From positions 1 to 54,512 of IMG/VR virus record IMGVR_UViG_3300007363_000026: a stretch of DNA of 54,512 nucleotides; one strand, given 5' to 3'. This DNA comes from a virus. Lineage: Duplodnaviria > Caudoviricetes. Shown piece by piece: positions 46,498 to 54,512 of this stretch. The translations under genes were made by a program, and so were the position numbers. The notes below the pieces were generated by a model that saw only the letters and a list, made by a program, of their open reading frames with translations, ran no database searches and was not told where the DNA came from. Within the stretch, counting starts at the first letter, position 1. Each line of letters begins with the position of its first letter.

Positions 46498-46736
46498 GCA
46501 ACGTCATCGACATGCGGCGCCAGACCAAGCTTCGGTTGGTCGAAGAGTGCAATCGCTGGACGCAAAGCCAGCGCGAGGACATAGCCCGCAAGGACGAAGA
46601 ACACGAGACGCAGCAGTTGATTGATTGCCTCACGGACGATCTGCGTCTTGCATGCATCAAGTTACGCAGTCTCGCCGGAAAACATCTCGGGGCCCAGCGC
46701 GCTCGCGCTGTCTATCAGGATGTATTCGGCGGTTAG
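46494..46736 (+). CDS. hypothetical protein
   Basis: ATGA-coupled; MSNVIDMRR... Confidence 0.6.
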   Translation: MSNVIDMRRQTKLRLVEECNRWTQSQREDIARKDEEHETQQLIDCLTDDLRLACIKLRSLAGKHLGAQRARAVYQDVFGG

Positions 46737-47033
46737 CCGCAGCGCGGGGAGCGGCTGGCGGGTGGCTCTGAGGGCATTAGAGCCACCCGCCCACAGACAG
46801 AACTCGCTGCCGGTACTTCTGACAGGGTTTCCGGCTGAAGAGGGGATATCCAGGCACCTCCCTGGCTGGGCGACCCCAACTCAACGAAAGGTGCGCGTGG
46901 ATGCAGATAGCAATGGAAATGACACAGATAGACCCACGCCCAGCGAGCTTTTGGCTCGCGATGACCACCATGCTGAGCCTGAGCGCTGTTGCGCTGGCGA
47001 TGCTCGTATTCGTTCTCGCTTAGGAGAGTAACA

Positions 47034-47783
47034 ATGGCTGCTGCTGCAAAGAAAACGGAACTTGATCCTTTTTACCATGGCCACCCAACAACCACAGTCG
47101 ACATGCGCGAACCAATAGACCCGCTGTATAAAATGCTGGGACAGTTTGGCACCAGCACGAACTTCAACAGCGAAGCGTTCCGCGAGATCGTTGGCCTGAT
47201 CCGCGAGCAGAAGTCGGAGGTGGCGCGGGGTGAGTTCCGCCGCGACTTCGCCGCCTATCAAAAAGATGCGCCCGCAGTGGAACGCAAGGGCACTGGCCAC
47301 AACGCCAAGAAATACGCACGGCTGGAGGATGTGATCTCGACGCAGCGGGAGGCGCTGTCGCAGCACGGCTTCTCACTCAATCACACCATCAAGCAAGACG
47401 ATGGCAAGATCCGCATTGTTGCCGTCCTTGGGCACCGCGGCGGGCATGTCGAGACGACAGAAATTGTTCTGCCGATAGATATGAGCGGCAACAAGAACCC
47501 AGTACAGGCGCATGCCAGCACAGTCAGTTATGGGCGTCGCTATACGGCCCTGGCCCTTCTTGGCATTGCGCCTGAGGACGAGGATGACGATGGGCAGGCG
47601 GCTGGCGCTGGCGCCGTAATCAGCGATGAGCAAAAGGCAACCATTGAAGCTGCGATCAAATTCACAGCCAGCGACGTGAAGCGCTTTTGCAAGCACTTCA
47701 AAATCACCGAAGTCGGGAAGCTGCCCGCTGACAAATACGACGCCGCCGTCGAGATGCTGAAGGCAAAGGCAGAAAAACAATGA
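47034..47783 (+). CDS. erf: ERF-family ssDNA-annealing protein
   Basis: KYARLEDV...LS.HGFS...LGH.GGH...QA..S..SYGRRY...ALLGI...EDDDG; AGGAG RBS. Confidence 0.9.
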   Translation: MAAAAKKTELDPFYHGHPTTTVDMREPIDPLYKMLGQFGTSTNFNSEAFREIVGLIREQKSEVARGEFRRDFAAYQKDAPAVERKGTGHNAKKYARLEDVISTQREALSQHGFSLNHTIKQDDGKIRIVAVLGHRGGHVETTEIVLPIDMSGNKNPVQAHASTVSYGRRYTALALLGIAPEDEDDDGQAAGAGAVISDEQKATIEAAIKFTASDVKRFCKHFKITEVGKLPADKYDAAVEMLKAKAEKQ

Positions 47784-48415
47784 CAGAACCTATCCAAGGC
47801 TCTGCGGAATGGCTGGCTGCTCGAGCCCCATCGCTTGGAGCAAGCGAGGTTCCAGACGCAATCGCGCGGACCAAGACGGGGTGGGGCGCAACCCGTGCCA
47901 ACGTCATGGCAGCAAAGATCATCGGCCGCCTGACCGGCAACGCACCAGACACATTCACTAATGCAGCCATGCAGTGGGGCACGCAGACGGAGCCCGATGC
48001 CCGCGCCGCATATGAGTTCATGCACGACGTGGACGTTGAACTTGTCGGCCTTGTAAAGCACCCAACGATTTCCGGCACGCACGCCAGTCCAGACGGCCTA
48101 ATCGGCAGAGATGGGCTGGTCGAGATCAAATGCCCAAACAGCGCAACTCATATTGAAACGCTTCTGGGCGAAGAAATATCCGGCCGCTACGTCACACAGA
48201 TGCAGTGGCAAATGGCATGCACCGGGCGCAAATGGTGTGACTTCGTTTCATTTGATCCAAGATTGCCAGCCTCCATGCAGCTCTTTGTGAAGCGCATTGA
48301 GCGGGACCAGAAGCGCATCGAAGAACTCGAAACGCTGGTGCGCGAGTTCCTTGCCGAATTGGACGGGAAGGTGCGCGCACTGCGAGAGAAATACGAATTG
48401 AAGGAAGCAGCATGA
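47780..48415 (+). CDS. YqaJ/lambda-type exonuclease
   Basis: QGS.EWL..R...ASE...AMQWG...EP.AR...ASPDGL....GLVEIKCP...QMQWQM. Confidence 0.9.
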   Translation: MTEPIQGSAEWLAARAPSLGASEVPDAIARTKTGWGATRANVMAAKIIGRLTGNAPDTFTNAAMQWGTQTEPDARAAYEFMHDVDVELVGLVKHPTISGTHASPDGLIGRDGLVEIKCPNSATHIETLLGEEISGRYVTQMQWQMACTGRKWCDFVSFDPRLPASMQLFVKRIERDQKRIEELETLVREFLAELDGKVRALREKYELKEAA

Positions 48416-48624
48416 AACTTCGCATGTCCATCGCCCGCATCCTAGACCGCATCGCATGGCGGCTGATGGCACTGGCCAACAGGATCAGGTTTCGGACTGT
48501 GCGGGATTTCCTGAAATGAACGCCCTCGCCATCGCTATGGCAGAGCACGGCCTTGGCATCGAGGATCTTATGTATGCGTGCGGTCTAACAAGAGAGGAAG
48601 CGAAGCGAATTGTCTGGCGCGCAC

Positions 48625-48837
48625 ATGGAATTCCTCACCGTGAAGCAACTGGCGAAACGGTGGGGCTACTCAAGGCAGGGGATAGAGAAGCTGATCCTGC
48701 GGGGTGTTCTGAAGGTGGACCGGATGCGGTTCCCGATGAAAATCGAACTGGCGGAAATTCAGAGGCTGGAAGCGGAGCACGGGTGTCCACATGAACAACG
48801 GATCAAGCCGGTCGGCGCCCGCTTCGCGCGAGCGTGA
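48625..48837 (+). CDS. Xis/AlpA-like HTH protein
   Basis: FLTVKQLAKRWGYS...I..LI..G.L. Confidence 0.65.
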   Translation: MEFLTVKQLAKRWGYSRQGIEKLILRGVLKVDRMRFPMKIELAEIQRLEAEHGCPHEQRIKPVGARFARA

Positions 48838-48838
48838 A

Positions 48839-49186
48839 ATGAGCGACCGTCGCAATGCTCGCATCATTGGCGATGACGATGTCGACAAGGCTCTTCAGTT
48901 CTTGGCTGACAACGCCAAGGAGATCGGTGAGGCCAAAGCCGAGATGGTCTACGCCTCCCACATGGTCAAAGTGACCAAGGCTTTGTGCATGAGGAATTAC
49001 AACGACAAGCCCGTGAGTGTGCAGGAGCGTGAGGCATACGTGACTGCGGAATATCTTGCGGCACTGAAGCGGGATGCTCGAGCCGCTGGCGAATACGAAC
49101 GCCTAAGAGCGCTTCGTGAGGCCGCTGCCATGCGTATCGAGGCATGGAGGACTGAAAGCTCCAATTACAGGAGCATGAAGATATGA
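48839..49186 (+). CDS. conserved helical phage protein
   Basis: EREAY....Y...EAA...IEAWRT..SN.R motif. Confidence 0.6.
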   Translation: MSDRRNARIIGDDDVDKALQFLADNAKEIGEAKAEMVYASHMVKVTKALCMRNYNDKPVSVQEREAYVTAEYLAALKRDARAAGEYERLRALREAAAMRIEAWRTESSNYRSMKI

Positions 49187-49617
49187 CCAAGCGCGCCCAC
49201 ATCAACATGACCACGAAGCTTGCCGCCGTTTTGCTGGAGATGAAGGTGGCAGACGAAAATGGCAACCTTGTCCCGTGGATCGATCGCGAGACGGCAAAGC
49301 AGATGACGCCAGACCAAATCTGCAGCCTCGTGCATTTCGATCATCATCCGATTCCCAAGGCGCTAGGCGGCTCTGACCACCCCACAAACCTCGTCCCGCG
49401 GCCAATCATGGAACATCGCGAAAAGACCGCGAAACATGATGTCCCGGTGATTGCCAAGACGAACCGCATCAGCGCTCAGCATGCAGAATTCCAGCAACGT
49501 CTGTTGGCTAAGGCCGGCATTGCCGAGCAACCAAAAGAAAAAAAGAAAGCAATCATCCCTGGCTCAAAACGATCACCCTGGCGGAAGAAAATCGACGGCT
49601 CCGTGGTGAGGCGATGA
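49183..49617 (+). CDS. HNH-like nuclease
   Basis: FDHHPIP.ALGGSD...NL......H..KT..D...IAK. Confidence 0.7.
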   Translation: MTKRAHINMTTKLAAVLLEMKVADENGNLVPWIDRETAKQMTPDQICSLVHFDHHPIPKALGGSDHPTNLVPRPIMEHREKTAKHDVPVIAKTNRISAQHAEFQQRLLAKAGIAEQPKEKKKAIIPGSKRSPWRKKIDGSVVRR

Positions 49618-49773
49618 GCAAGCCCGATCACGCCATGCGCTCCCTACTAACGATAGCCGCGGAGCTATGGCCTGAAGGTGAAATTGAAATCAAGGTGCGG
49701 AATTTAGCAACGAACGAAACGACATTTTGGACTTGGGACCGGAAGGGGAAGAAGCCAATAAGGCGGGGATCAA

Positions 49774-50046
49774 ATGACTGAGCTAGCCGACGAAATCCTT
49801 AGAATGCTGGACGCGGGCCACAAGCCAGAAGAGATCGCGGAGGTTCTGGATTGCAGCGCTTCTCACGTGTGGCGCGTCTCTAGGGCAAACCGCGGTCCAA
49901 GGCGGATAAAGGAACGTAATCTTCTCGCGGCGAAAGCTGCATCATACGCATTTCACATTGCGAGGACAAAGCACAAGCTTTTACTCCTAGAGATGGAGTT
50001 GCTGAGGATTGAAGAGCAGCGGAGTCGTTCTCATGCGCCTCGGTGA
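49774..50046 (+). CDS. HTH protein
   Basis: G.KPEEIAEVLDCS.SHV.RV. Confidence 0.6.
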   Translation: MTELADEILRMLDAGHKPEEIAEVLDCSASHVWRVSRANRGPRRIKERNLLAAKAASYAFHIARTKHKLLLLEMELLRIEEQRSRSHAPR

Positions 50047-50223
50047 TCGCCGGCAATGGCTTCCCTATCTCACGCATGCGGAGCGTGAGGAACTCAACAA
50101 AACAATGATCGACGCAGACGCATGCAGGTCGCTCTATGAGCAACACAAGATGGAGGTTGAAAAACTTCTGTCCATAGGTAAGCGGCGCGCTATGGCGGTG
50201 AGCAAGGTGAAGGAGGAAGCAGA

Positions 50224-50568
50224 ATGAAGTCGGGACACGATAGGCTTGCTGAGGCATACGTTATGATGGCGGAAAAGGCTTGCTACCGCCCTCAAGCCCC
50301 GAGCGACGGATTTGGGAACATTAGACTGACCGAGAATGAACTTTCCGACGTTAACCGCCTTATGCGAGAGGCGAACGATTACGCGTCGAAGTTCGTAAAC
50401 GAAGAGGATGAAGGTTTTGACCTGGGCGTTACGGACTACACAACAAGCCGCGCCGTGGTGTTTGCCGTTGAGGCGTGTCGCTCCCTGTGCGCAGTGCAAA
50501 ATAAGCTAGCCATTCATCTTTTAAAGATGGCCATCGAAGAGATTGAAAAGGCTGGAGCAACGAAATGA
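50224..50568 (+). CDS. hypothetical protein
   Basis: AAGGAGG RBS; ATGA coupling. Confidence 0.6.
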   Translation: MKSGHDRLAEAYVMMAEKACYRPQAPSDGFGNIRLTENELSDVNRLMREANDYASKFVNEEDEGFDLGVTDYTTSRAVVFAVEACRSLCAVQNKLAIHLLKMAIEEIEKAGATK

Positions 50569-50723
50569 GACCCAAAGCCGGTGAAACCACCAAGGCGGAG
50601 AAGATCAACCTTCTGGCTGGTCTTGGTGTCCTGAGCGACGAAGCCATCGCCCGCATCCTGAAGTGTCATCCGGCCTACGTGAGAGCGGCGACGCAGAGAA
50701 AGAAGAAAAAGAGAACCAAATGA
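50565..50723 (+). CDS. small HTH-like basic protein
   Basis: MRPKAGETTKAEKI...SDEAIARILKCHPAYVR; coupled on both sides. Confidence 0.5.
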   Translation: MRPKAGETTKAEKINLLAGLGVLSDEAIARILKCHPAYVRAATQRKKKKRTK

Positions 50724-50910
50724 CAGTCACCCCGACCCACGCCGGCAGCTTGCTTCCATATGAAAATTTCTACCGGAGAGTTTCCGCTTTCATGGACAGG
50801 AAAACTTTCAGGGTCGCTCTGAAGGCTTCCGGCTGCTGCTACGTGATCAGGGATCGCGTCTACCTAGACGAAGAAATGTTCGAGCGTTTCCAGGCGAAGA
50901 TGAGGGACCA

Positions 50911-51129
50911 ATGACCATTCGCCCATGCAAGCGCTGCAATGCGCCTGTCCTAAAAGGCGCTGGCATCGTCACAAACATTGGAATTTTTCACGAGGCCTGC
51001 TGGGACGCCGCGGCGGCGAATGAGATGAAAAACGCCTCATACGTCAATATTCAGCTTGAGCGCGTCATCAGCATTCCAAGAGGCACAAAGTTCAGGGACG
51101 GCGTGCCTATACAGGATGGTGAGGAATGA
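50911..51129 (+). CDS. small Zn-binding protein
   Basis: CKRC...FHEAC. Confidence 0.55.
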   Translation: MTIRPCKRCNAPVLKGAGIVTNIGIFHEACWDAAAANEMKNASYVNIQLERVISIPRGTKFRDGVPIQDGEE

Positions 51130-51169
51130 TGTTTTCGCGTTTTCAAGAAAAGATCAGGAGGGAACGGGC

Positions 51170-51469
51170 GTGACCGAGAGAACCAACAAATGCATCACTT
51201 GTGCCCATTGGGATCGCCTACACCCAGAGCGCCAGCCGCATTCAAACAACGACGAAGACGCAACAGCCATCATCGTCGGCGAGTGTAAGCGCTACGCACC
51301 GACACCATCGCCAGAGTTATTCATATTTGTTGCCAAGTGCGGGCATATGTACGCAGCAGACGAGGAATTGGACATTTACACAGACCCGCCGCTTGGCGAC
51401 CTCTGCTCCGTTTGGCCGCTCACGGATCGCACTGATTGGTGTGGGGATTTCTCGGCAAGGGAGGGATGA
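51170..51469 (+). CDS. Cys-rich phage protein
   Basis: AGGAGG RBS then GTG; CITC.HW...GEC.R.AP...WP.T...DWCGDF. Confidence 0.6.
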   Translation: MTERTNKCITCAHWDRLHPERQPHSNNDEDATAIIVGECKRYAPTPSPELFIFVAKCGHMYAADEELDIYTDPPLGDLCSVWPLTDRTDWCGDFSAREG

Positions 51470-51473
51470 GGGG

Positions 51474-51980
51474 ATGGTTAGGCTCTTGACCCGTGCGGAA
51501 GCGGCCTCAGAGTTGCGCGTGTCTACCCGTTCTTTACGCAGACTAAGCATCCCGGTTGTCAGGATTGGCCGCAAGCCTCTTTATGATTTGAAGGATCTAG
51601 TTGCTTACCAGAAAAAACAAACGAGATGGGAATTCGTGCTTGGCCGAGTCTCGCCAACGGCGCGCATGTTTTTGGAGGCGATTGGATGGCGCGATGACGT
51701 GCCGGATGCCTGTTGCGTGTACTTTATTCAGTGCGACGCCTACGTGAAGATTGGGCACTCGGTGCGACCGGAGGCGCGCATGGATGTGATTAGCACAAGC
51801 AGCCCACACGACCCGGTGTTGCTGGGGCATATTCGTGGTGGGTTGCACACAGAGGCAGCGCTGCACAAGGCAGCGGCGTATTGGCGGCATCGCAGGGAGT
51901 GGTTTCACCTAGAGGAAGACCTCCTGACAGCAATCAAAGATTTGTGTGCGTCCGAACTCGAGTTGGAGGCGCGCAAATGA
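51474..51980 (+). CDS. HTH fused to a GIY-YIG (T5orf172/MUG113-like) domain
   Basis: LLTRAEAA.EL.VS.RSL HTH, then VYFIQ....VKIG.S..PE.R...E..LH.......R.EWF. Confidence 0.75.
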   Translation: MVRLLTRAEAASELRVSTRSLRRLSIPVVRIGRKPLYDLKDLVAYQKKQTRWEFVLGRVSPTARMFLEAIGWRDDVPDACCVYFIQCDAYVKIGHSVRPEARMDVISTSSPHDPVLLGHIRGGLHTEAALHKAAAYWRHRREWFHLEEDLLTAIKDLCASELELEARK

Positions 51981-52336
51981 CCACCGAGAAGGTGATGTTC
52001 ACCGCATCCGAGCTTGCGAAGCGCTGGGGATTCAGCAAGGACACGATCCGACGAATGGTCCGCAGCGGCGAAATCAGGGCCTGCGGATTCAAGCACATTC
52101 GAGTTCCAAGAGAAGAGGTAGAACGGTGGGAAGAACTTGGCGACCGTACAATGTGGGTCCGTACCATCTCGGATCACTCCACAACCAAGAGGTCGGGCAA
52201 TATGAGGCCGTTGTCCGGTATCGCGGAAAAGACGGAAAGCCCAAGAGACAGAGACTTGGAGCGTTCACTGAGGCTGAGGGTCGAAGAGCGCTTGACGAGT
52301 GGGTTGCTCTCCGCGGCGTTGTCCAAAAAGCTTTAG
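51977..52336 (+). CDS. xis: excisionase-like HTH protein overlapping int
   Basis: FTASELAKRWGFS..TIRRMV..GEI......IRVP.EEVERWE; GGAGG RBS. Confidence 0.75.
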   Translation: MTTEKVMFTASELAKRWGFSKDTIRRMVRSGEIRACGFKHIRVPREEVERWEELGDRTMWVRTISDHSTTKRSGNMRPLSGIAEKTESPRDRDLERSLRLRVEERLTSGLLSAALSKKL

Positions 52337-53301
52337 AGAGCCCTTTCGTAGAGGACATCTGGCAGCTTTACATTGCCGACCGTGCCAAGGACGGCAAGAA
52401 GATGCGCCCGTTTCACGAAAGCTGGAACGCGCTGCAGTCGCGCTTCGCAAAGATGCGCGTGTCCGAGATCACCGACGACGTGTGTCGCGACTACGCCAGG
52501 CAGCGCCTGGACCGTGGTCGCATTATACGCACCAAGGACGGCAGCGAGCGCCGCGTAGACATCTCGATCGGCACGGTATGGACGGAACTTTTGAGGCTTC
52601 GGTCCTGCATTAACTGGGCGGCTGAACGCCAGCACATCAAATACAAGAAGCACGTCTGGGTGCCGACCAAGCCAAAGTCGCGGCAGGACATCCTCACGCC
52701 AGAGCAATTCAGGGCACTCATAGACGCCTGCACAGAGGATCACACGCGCCTGTTTTGCATGATCGCCATTACGACGGCGGCGCGATCTGGGGCCATCCTT
52801 GAACTGACCTGGGATCGCGTGAACTTTAAGGACAAGGAACTGGATTTCCGCGCCCCCACGATCAACATCAACCCGATATCCAAGGCGGCGCAGAAAACGC
52901 GCGTCGTTGGCTATATGACGGCGGAAGTCGAGGTTGAGTTGATCGAGGCGCACCGCAAGCGCGGGCACGATACGAGCCATGTCATCTCGTACAACTTTGC
53001 GCCCGTGGCCTGCATTCGGAAGTCGTTCATGGCGGCTGCAAAGCGTGCCGGCCTACCGCCGTCCATAACGCCCCATATTCTTCGCCACACGGCCCTAACG
53101 TGGCTCGACCAAGCTGGGATACCCGTCGAGCGGATTTCGCGGTTGGCTGGCCATTCCAGGTCTTCCATAACGGAGATGGTCTACATCAAGACGCAGATGG
53201 CTCAGGTCAGAGGTGCATCCGAAACACTGGGCCGGATTGTTGCAGGAGCATCCGTGAGAAACAGGTTGCAGATTGAAGATTTGCCACCTGAGGATGCGTG
53301 A
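52126..53301 (+). CDS. int: tyrosine integrase
   Basis: Catalytic R (TAARSG), K, HILRH, LAGH, Y (MVY); probable GTG start at 52126 after GAGG. Confidence 0.9.
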   Translation: MGRTWRPYNVGPYHLGSLHNQEVGQYEAVVRYRGKDGKPKRQRLGAFTEAEGRRALDEWVALRGVVQKALESPFVEDIWQLYIADRAKDGKKMRPFHESWNALQSRFAKMRVSEITDDVCRDYARQRLDRGRIIRTKDGSERRVDISIGTVWTELLRLRSCINWAAERQHIKYKKHVWVPTKPKSRQDILTPEQFRALIDACTEDHTRLFCMIAITTAARSGAILELTWDRVNFKDKELDFRAPTININPISKAAQKTRVVGYMTAEVEVELIEAHRKRGHDTSHVISYNFAPVACIRKSFMAAAKRAGLPPSITPHILRHTALTWLDQAGIPVERISRLAGHSRSSITEMVYIKTQMAQVRGASETLGRIVAGASVRNRLQIEDLPPEDA

Positions 53302-53354
53302 TTGAACAGCGTTGTATTTTGAACAACACGAGCGCTGATTGTACCCCAGATGCG

Positions 53355-53447
53355 TAAGTGATTGATTTAATTGGTGGGCGGTGAGAGGGTCGAACTCCCG
53401 ACATCCTCGGTGTAAACGGACGATGCTCACCAAGAGTCAATGGGTTA
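53355..53447. other. attP: 46-bp core (53372-53417) resembling the 3' half of tRNA-Val(TAC), flanked by two IHF-type sites
   Basis: Minus strand GTTTACACCGAGGATGTCGGGAGTTCGACCCTCTCACCGCCCACCA; WATCAANNNNTTR matches at 53355-53367 (minus, exact) and 53435-53447 (plus, one mismatch); directly after int. Confidence 0.85.
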
Positions 53448-53566
53448 CGCGCTGAAACGCACGTAAACGAATGAAGAACACGAGAATACGCGAGAAACGG
53501 TGTACGCGGGACATCCTCGTAGAAGTGACGCGTTATTGTAGCCTATGCAATTCTACCGGAGGCAAG

Positions 53567-53773
53567 ATGAGCACAGACCACAACAAGCCCATCCATGACA
53601 TATTCCCAACGGTCGCCAGACAGATCGAGACCGAGCTTAAGTCAGGAAAGGCCGTCATGTCCTGCTGGACGAAGCGGGATGGGAAGTGGGTTCGCGTCGT
53701 GCAGAAGGGAAAGATTGTGGGCGGCAAATTTGAGCCGTCTGGGCCGCCAGAGGTGATTGAGCGGAAAAATTAG
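53567..53773 (+). CDS. hypothetical protein
   Basis: GGAGG RBS; MSTDHNKP... Confidence 0.55.
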   Translation: MSTDHNKPIHDIFPTVARQIETELKSGKAVMSCWTKRDGKWVRVVQKGKIVGGKFEPSGPPEVIERKN

Positions 53774-53964
53774 CGCTCAAATCACGCGCGGCGCTCTACT
53801 TCGGCCCAAGCGCCTTGCACGCAATGTCCTCTATGGCCTGCATCCTCTTGACCATAACGTTTACATCGTTGTGAGACGTGCATTCTCGGATGATGCGGAC
53901 AAGAGCGCTCTCTAGCTGCCTAATCCGGCGAGTGTCCTTAGACTTGTTGGGCACAATTGCCTCC

Positions 53965-54216
53965 TCAGTCTTGGTGTTCAGTCTGCAAATCTTCGACGCA
54001 CAGCATCACGGGCGGCTGCCCGCCGACGACGCGAAGCACGACCTTGGCGCCGGCATTGAGGGCAGCCAGCTCACCCGGCGTCGGCTCCCAAGCACTCTCC
54101 CACACGTTGTCCGTGACACGCACGGCGAGGTGGCAGCAGTTGCCATCTTCTTCCGGCTTCCAGCCTTTGGGCGCCCCAAGGAAATGCGTAGCGCCAGATA
54201 TGCGTGCAGGGATCAT
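53965..54216 (-). CDS. conserved small phage protein
   Basis: MIPARI.GAT..LGAPKGW.....G.C..L.VR...SAWEPTP.EL..LN.G...PPV. Confidence 0.65.
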   Translation of the reverse strand: MIPARISGATHFLGAPKGWKPEEDGNCCHLAVRVTDNVWESAWEPTPGELAALNAGAKVVLRVVGGQPPVMLCVEDLQTEHQD

Positions 54217-54512
54217 CGGGCCACCATCTGCTTCTGAAGTGCCTTCACCCAAGCCATGTGCGAGCGAACCCCGTACCGCCTCAAGAACGGACGAACAGCG
54301 CGCACGTCCGGGTGGCGCGTCTTATATAGCGCCCATCGCGGGAACATGGCCGGACGACTGCGGCGCATGGTTCGTCTCAAGAGCAATTCCGCCTCCTCTA
54401 CTTCGTCGCCCATATCGCAAAAGCGATGCTCAGACCCAGCAGTAGACCGAGCGCCCATCCGACGCGGAACGCAAACGTGTCACTCATGATCGTCGCATCC
54501 GCACACGCCGAC

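Noticed and set aside
51946-52125. 451-aa integrase start from the ORF track
   Set aside because: The extension overlaps two coupled genes and looks non-coding; GTG 52126 has an RBS.
53372-53417. tRNA-Val gene
   Set aside because: Only the 3' half is present; there is no D-arm or 5' acceptor strand, so it is an att core rather than a gene.

Overview
This window looks like an essentially complete, circularly permuted temperate phage genome of about 54.5 kb. It has a podovirus-type (P22-like) virion module and lambdoid immunity, replication and recombination modules. GcrA and Omp25/RopB homologs and an attP matching the 3' half of tRNA-Val(TAC) point to an alphaproteobacterial host. The minus strand carries cro, gcrA, replication genes, a NusG paralog, terminases, portal, head fiber, scaffold, capsid, a glycosylation-like cluster, tail and ejection proteins and lysis genes. 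The plus strand carries cI, an early recombination operon (ERF, lambda-type exonuclease), xis, int and attP. The main finding is that the major capsid gene is split by two tandem group I introns (240 nt and 898 nt) separated by a 17-nt micro-exon; predicted splicing restores a 320-aa ORF. The second intron holds an antisense NUMOD3-HNH gene with its own candidate promoter inside the ribozyme. That ORF reads through the micro-exon into the first intron. Other notable items are a Maf-like/methyltransferase/glycosyltransferase cluster after the capsid genes, a frameshifted cI C-terminus, a KdpD-type membrane-domain gene in the immunity region, an oop-like antisense sRNA and a degenerate resolvase-like moron. 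All family calls come from motifs recognised by eye, not from database searches.
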